A stretch of 11,257 nucleotides of DNA, from NCBI GenBank assembly GCA_964525635.1, contig CAZGJX010000121.1:1-11257 (forward strand), read 5' to 3'. Every line of letters starts with the position of its first letter. Position 1 is the first letter of the stretch. The position numbers were made by a program, and so were the translations under genes. This DNA comes from an uncultured archaeon. GTDB lineage: Archaea; Asgardarchaeota; Lokiarchaeia; Sigyniarchaeales; SOKP01. Below, one piece after another: positions 7,924 to 11,257 of the stretch. The notes beneath the pieces are model-generated. The model ran no database searches. It was not told where the DNA came from and saw only the letters and a list, made by a program, of their open reading frames with translations.

Positions 7924-8796
7924 TTATGATGAATTTAGGCTTTTTTTATTTATATTTGAAAATATAAGAAACATTTCGAGGATTTTATTAATTTCATAGT
8001 CTTTTTTCTGTGATTCTAATCCAAATTTGAAAAAATTAACTCTCTCTGTTAATTTAAAATTATTTGAATATTCATCCAATTTAATAAAACCTAATTTTTC
8101 TAATCTTTTCAAATGTAAAATTGCATCTTTTTTTGATAAATTTAAGTCTAAAAATAAGTCATTAGTACTGTATTTCTTTTCATAATCATAATTTAATATA
8201 ATTTCTAAGTCATTTTTATAGTTTTGAAAAACAAATTCTAAATATTTGTTTTTATCTGATATTTTAATAATTAATTCGGAGATTAGACAAAAGGTTTTGA
8301 AGAAATATTTTTTAGCGATTGATGTTGTATGAATAGTAATTTTAAAATCAATTTTCATTTCTTTGTCTATAAACTCATTAATTGCTTTAATTTTATGTTG
8401 CAGATATAAACCATCTATTAAATCTATCTTGTGTAATAATATAACGATTTCAATATCAATCAGCTTCATTTTGTTATAAAGAGTAATGAGGTTATTTAGA
8501 AATTTAATAATATCTTTCAAATAACTGTTAATATCTAAGACACAAATAATTATATTAGAATTAATGAAAATATCTTTATCTTTATCAAACCAAATGTTAT
8601 TTTCTTGACCAGCTAAGTCAAATACGGCAAAATCTAAATCAAAAAATGAGTAGACGATTGACTCTATTCCTTTAGTAGGATCTAGGGATTTCTCTAATAA
8701 TTCCAATGGATTAACCATTTCAAAAAAAACCTTTTTTAATGTTGTTTTTCCTGTCCCAGCAGGTCCTATAATTACTATCTTTTTAGTTAGCCTCAT
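7924..8796 (-). CDS. Rag-like small GTPase fused to a C-terminal winged helix-turn-helix domain
   Basis: G1 GPAGTGKTT, G2 DPTKG, G3 FDLAGQE, G4 LLHKID, G5 TTSI. aa ~193-258 DLEIILNY..KYSTNDLFLDLNLSKKDAILHLKRLEKLGFIKL..NNFKLTER follows a wHTH pattern. Confidence 0.85.
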   Translation of the reverse strand: MRLTKKIVIIGPAGTGKTTLKKVFFEMVNPLELLEKSLDPTKGIESIVYSFFDLDFAVFDLAGQENNIWFDKDKDIFINSNIIICVLDINSYLKDIIKFLNNLITLYNKMKLIDIEIVILLHKIDLIDGLYLQHKIKAINEFIDKEMKIDFKITIHTTSIAKKYFFKTFCLISELIIKISDKNKYLEFVFQNYKNDLEIILNYDYEKKYSTNDLFLDLNLSKKDAILHLKRLEKLGFIKLDEYSNNFKLTERVNFFKFGLESQKKDYEINKILEMFLIFSNINKKSLNSS

Positions 8797-8981
8797 ATCT
8801 ATATCTTGCTTAGGTACAACGTATAATTTATACTTTTTTGTTTAATAGATTAAATCCTAAATGATTATTTAAATTCTTTAAGAATTAAAGATTTATCAAA
8901 TGATTCCAAATAGAATTTAATCAATTAATCATGTTTTTTTATAAAAATTATGGTATTGAATAAGACTTAATGTGAAAATTA

Positions 8982-9605
8982 TTAAAGATTTCTGAATTTT
9001 AACTTTAAATTCTTTTCTTTTAACTGATATTCTGGACATAATTTATTATTCGGAAAATTACAAATTGACTCCTTTTTGGGTAAAACACATTTTCGAGAAA
9101 AAGGACAGAAGAAGATATAATATCTCTCAATCCTTTTTTTAATGTTAAACATAGCTAAATAAGATAAAATGAAATCTACATCTATATCTATATCTATTAA
9201 ATCAAATTCCTTCAAATTTTCTATTATTTGATAGAAATCATGAATTAGGTTTAATTCAGATATTTTTTGAAGTATTAATATGTTCTTGTTATTTGTTTCT
9301 ATTTTTTGCTTATATTTTTTCATCATTTTAAAAAAAAAATCCTTTAGATTTATATCAGATTCCTTATCAGTTTCTAAAAGATACAATATTCTATTGAGAT
9401 ATTCCTCAACAATGAGTTTTATTTCGCTACCTATTGTTAAAACCTTTAATTGACCTAATGAATTCTTAGATTCTGGAATCAATTCTGTTTTAAGAGTCAT
9501 GATAATGAATTCTATGTGTTTTTTTAGCGTTTCTCTATTTTTATTTATATTGGACATTAACTTATTTCCATTCATTATTTTAAGTTTTTTTTCTCTTGAA
9601 TTCAA
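8982..9605 (-). CDS. Hypothetical protein with a C-terminal four-cysteine motif; probably the intact 3' part of a longer decayed gene
   Basis: 207 open codons from a TTG start. The C-terminus is CPFSRKCVLPKKESICNFPNNKLCPEY (CX5CX8CX7C). The start is uncertain, with in-frame ATGs at codons 11 and 17. Confidence 0.65.
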   Translation of the reverse strand: MNSREKKLKIMNGNKLMSNINKNRETLKKHIEFIIMTLKTELIPESKNSLGQLKVLTIGSEIKLIVEEYLNRILYLLETDKESDINLKDFFFKMMKKYKQKIETNNKNILILQKISELNLIHDFYQIIENLKEFDLIDIDIDVDFILSYLAMFNIKKRIERYYIFFCPFSRKCVLPKKESICNFPNNKLCPEYQLKEKNLKLKFRNL

Positions 9606-10107
9606 AAAAGTTTCTATCTAATTTGGTTATTACACTCTCATTTCTCTTTTGTATTTCTAAATTTTTTTACTGAATAATTATCACATTATTTTAGAGATAT
9701 TTCTAATTTAAGCTTCTTTATAGGATGTCTTCTATTTAATCATAATCAAAAAGATAAGTATATCTAGTTAGGTCGAATTTTTCAAATCTAATTTCATGTT
9801 CTAGTTTTTTCCTAAATAAGAGAGGCAATTTAATCACGAGATTACGATCTTTAATGTATAAGTTATCATAAAAAATATTTTTTCTTCAATCAAAATCTAT
9901 AAATTTACTTAAATTAGAAATATCTTTATCTACTTTAGGTGTTATGAACATAAATTTCCCTCCAATGCCAACTTAACTTTAATAATTTGTCTAATTTCTC
10001 TATATTTTTACTTCTTTTATCTCCTTGAGATTTTTCTTTTTGCTATTTGGTATATATTTAATAATATAAAATCTATTTAATATTTTTGAGACTGAATCCT
10101 TATCTTT
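9606..10107 (-). pseudogene. Degraded coding sequence upstream of, and possibly once continuous with, the 8982-9605 ORF
   Basis: One frame reads KDKDSVSKILNRFYIIKYIPNSKKKNLKEIKEVKI (10107-10003). It resumes at 9972-9739 as VGIGGKFMFITPKVDKDISNLSKFIDFD*RKNIFYDNLYIKDRNLVIKLPLLFRKKLEHEIRFEKFDLTRYTYLFDYD (78 codons, one stop). It then gives KNLEIQKRNESVITKL (9666-9619), which joins IETFLNSREKK if the single base at 9618 is removed. Confidence 0.5.
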
Positions 10108-10385
10108 TTATGATTATTAAATAGATAAGAAAAAAAATCACTCTATAAATGGTATTTTTTGATGATAAGAATTAAAAGATATCAATATATGATGAACTGA
10201 AAGAATATGGCAAAATAACGAACTATTAAAGAAAAGCAGGAAGAATTTATCAAAAAAATTAAAAAGAAACAAAAAAGTAAATAGACATATCTTATTAATA
10301 GAAAATTATAGTTAAAAATAATATTTATCAATTAAAATTAGATAGAATGTATAGTTATTAAAAATAAAATAAATATAATAATCCT

Positions 10386-11009
10386 TTACCGCGCTGATAA
10401 AGAAATCCTCTCGATTTCATCCTTTTTTTTAATTGCTTTTGAATCTTGACTGTTTCTGGCAGCTAAAATTAATTCTTGAGCTACATTTTCTTCAAAAGTT
10501 TTTATATTATGATGGGTTGCTGAACCAATTGCCTGAACTAGAAATTTTATTGCTAAATCTACTCGTCTCTGGGGGGCAATGTCGACGGCAGAGGAATATG
10601 AAATTCCACCCATCGCTATCCTAGTAATTTCTTCTCTAGGAGCAGTATTGCATATAGCATCAACTAATACTTTAACAGGATTCTTTCCAGTTTTTATATC
10701 TATTAACATAAATGCATTTTTTATTGTTTTCAAGATATGATTCTTTTTTCCTTGATGATATGAACTTTTATGACCTTTTGTCTTTGTTGCAATAAACCCA
10801 GGTGATAATAATCTATTAACAAATCTTTCAATAACAGAAACTTTTGTTGTTTTCCAAAATGTTTTTTTTTCATGTCTTCCACATGAGTGAGGAATAATGA
10901 TAGGTTTTAAATTTATATATCTTTCAAGGGTCCAATCATTTACTTCAATATCATCAAAAGACCATCTATTAAATAGTGTAATCTTGTTCTTGTTTTCTTT
11001 TTCACTCAT
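10386..11009 (-). CDS. rps7: Small-subunit ribosomal protein uS7 (archaeal type)
   Basis: LFNRWSFDDIEVND..LERYINL..PHSCGRH, GKNPVKVLVDAICNTAPREE, GGISY..AVDIAPQRRVDLA and AIKKKDEIERISLSAR are archaeal/eukaryotic-type uS7 motifs. Confidence 0.97.
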   Translation of the reverse strand: MSEKENKNKITLFNRWSFDDIEVNDWTLERYINLKPIIIPHSCGRHEKKTFWKTTKVSVIERFVNRLLSPGFIATKTKGHKSSYHQGKKNHILKTIKNAFMLIDIKTGKNPVKVLVDAICNTAPREEITRIAMGGISYSSAVDIAPQRRVDLAIKFLVQAIGSATHHNIKTFEENVAQELILAARNSQDSKAIKKKDEIERISLSAR

Positions 11010-11219
11010 ATCAGTTTAACAAAATTCTTAATAAAATAATTAATATGAAAAATATTTGATTGTTTTAATTTTTTATGGATTTGAGGGTAACTTTTAATAA
11101 TTAATAATTTATATTCTTAATTATTCATTGTTTCTGTTTAATATCTAACAAATTTATAATATTTAATGACAAATGATTTTTTTTGGAAAAGAATAGAAAA
11201 ATAAGAAAAAAAACTCCTT

Positions 11220-11235
11220 GCGAACTAAAGTTCGC
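11220..11235. repeat. Perfect 7-bp inverted repeat GCGAACT-AA-AGTTCGC
   Basis: Directly visible, and GC-rich relative to the background. On the minus strand it is followed after 6 nt by a T-run, which suggests a terminator hairpin or operator. Function not established. Confidence 0.6.
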
Positions 11236-11257
11236 TTCTAATCACAAAACTTTTTTT

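Noticed and set aside
9175-9198. Short TCTATA-type tandem repeat
   Set aside because: It only encodes IDIDIDVD within the ORF and is too short to count as an array.
7654-9972. Selenocysteine or stop-codon recoding to explain in-frame TGA at 7910-7908 and 9888-9886
   Set aside because: The same frames also contain TAA stops and apparent frameshifts, and I saw no SECIS or selenoprotein motif. Decay is the simpler explanation.
10433-10624. 63-aa plus-strand ORF
   Set aside because: Antisense to rps7.
1-11257. CRISPR array, tRNA/rRNA genes, transposase or integrase
   Set aside because: No regularly spaced repeats, no GC-rich structured-RNA-length segment, and no recombinase or transposase motifs seen.

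Overview
Very AT-rich archaeal DNA, most consistent with an Asgard archaeon (Lokiarchaeia-like). That assignment is inferred from archaeal-type ribosomal proteins together with Rag-like small GTPases. Housekeeping genes are rps27e, rpl44e, pyrB and rps7. A class I SAM methyltransferase splits the usually adjacent rpl44e-rps27e pair, and a polytopic membrane protein sits at the left end. Between pyrB and rps7 lies a co-oriented minus-strand block. From right to left it holds an apparently 5'-decayed gene ending in a CX5CX8CX7C motif, a Rag-like GTPase fused to a C-terminal winged helix-turn-helix, a probable small pseudogene, a Rag-like GTPase with a roadblock-like C-terminal domain, a 110-aa hypothetical protein, and a 660-aa fusion of an ArsR-like HTH, an ATP-cone and a class III ribonucleotide reductase (NrdD) body. 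The NrdD body lacks the recognisable catalytic cysteines and stops before the Zn-ribbon and glycyl-radical domain. The most interesting reading is two nucleotide-binding proteins fused to DNA-binding domains next to pyrB, a candidate nucleotide-status-sensing transcriptional system. All family assignments come from motif recognition by eye; no searches were run.
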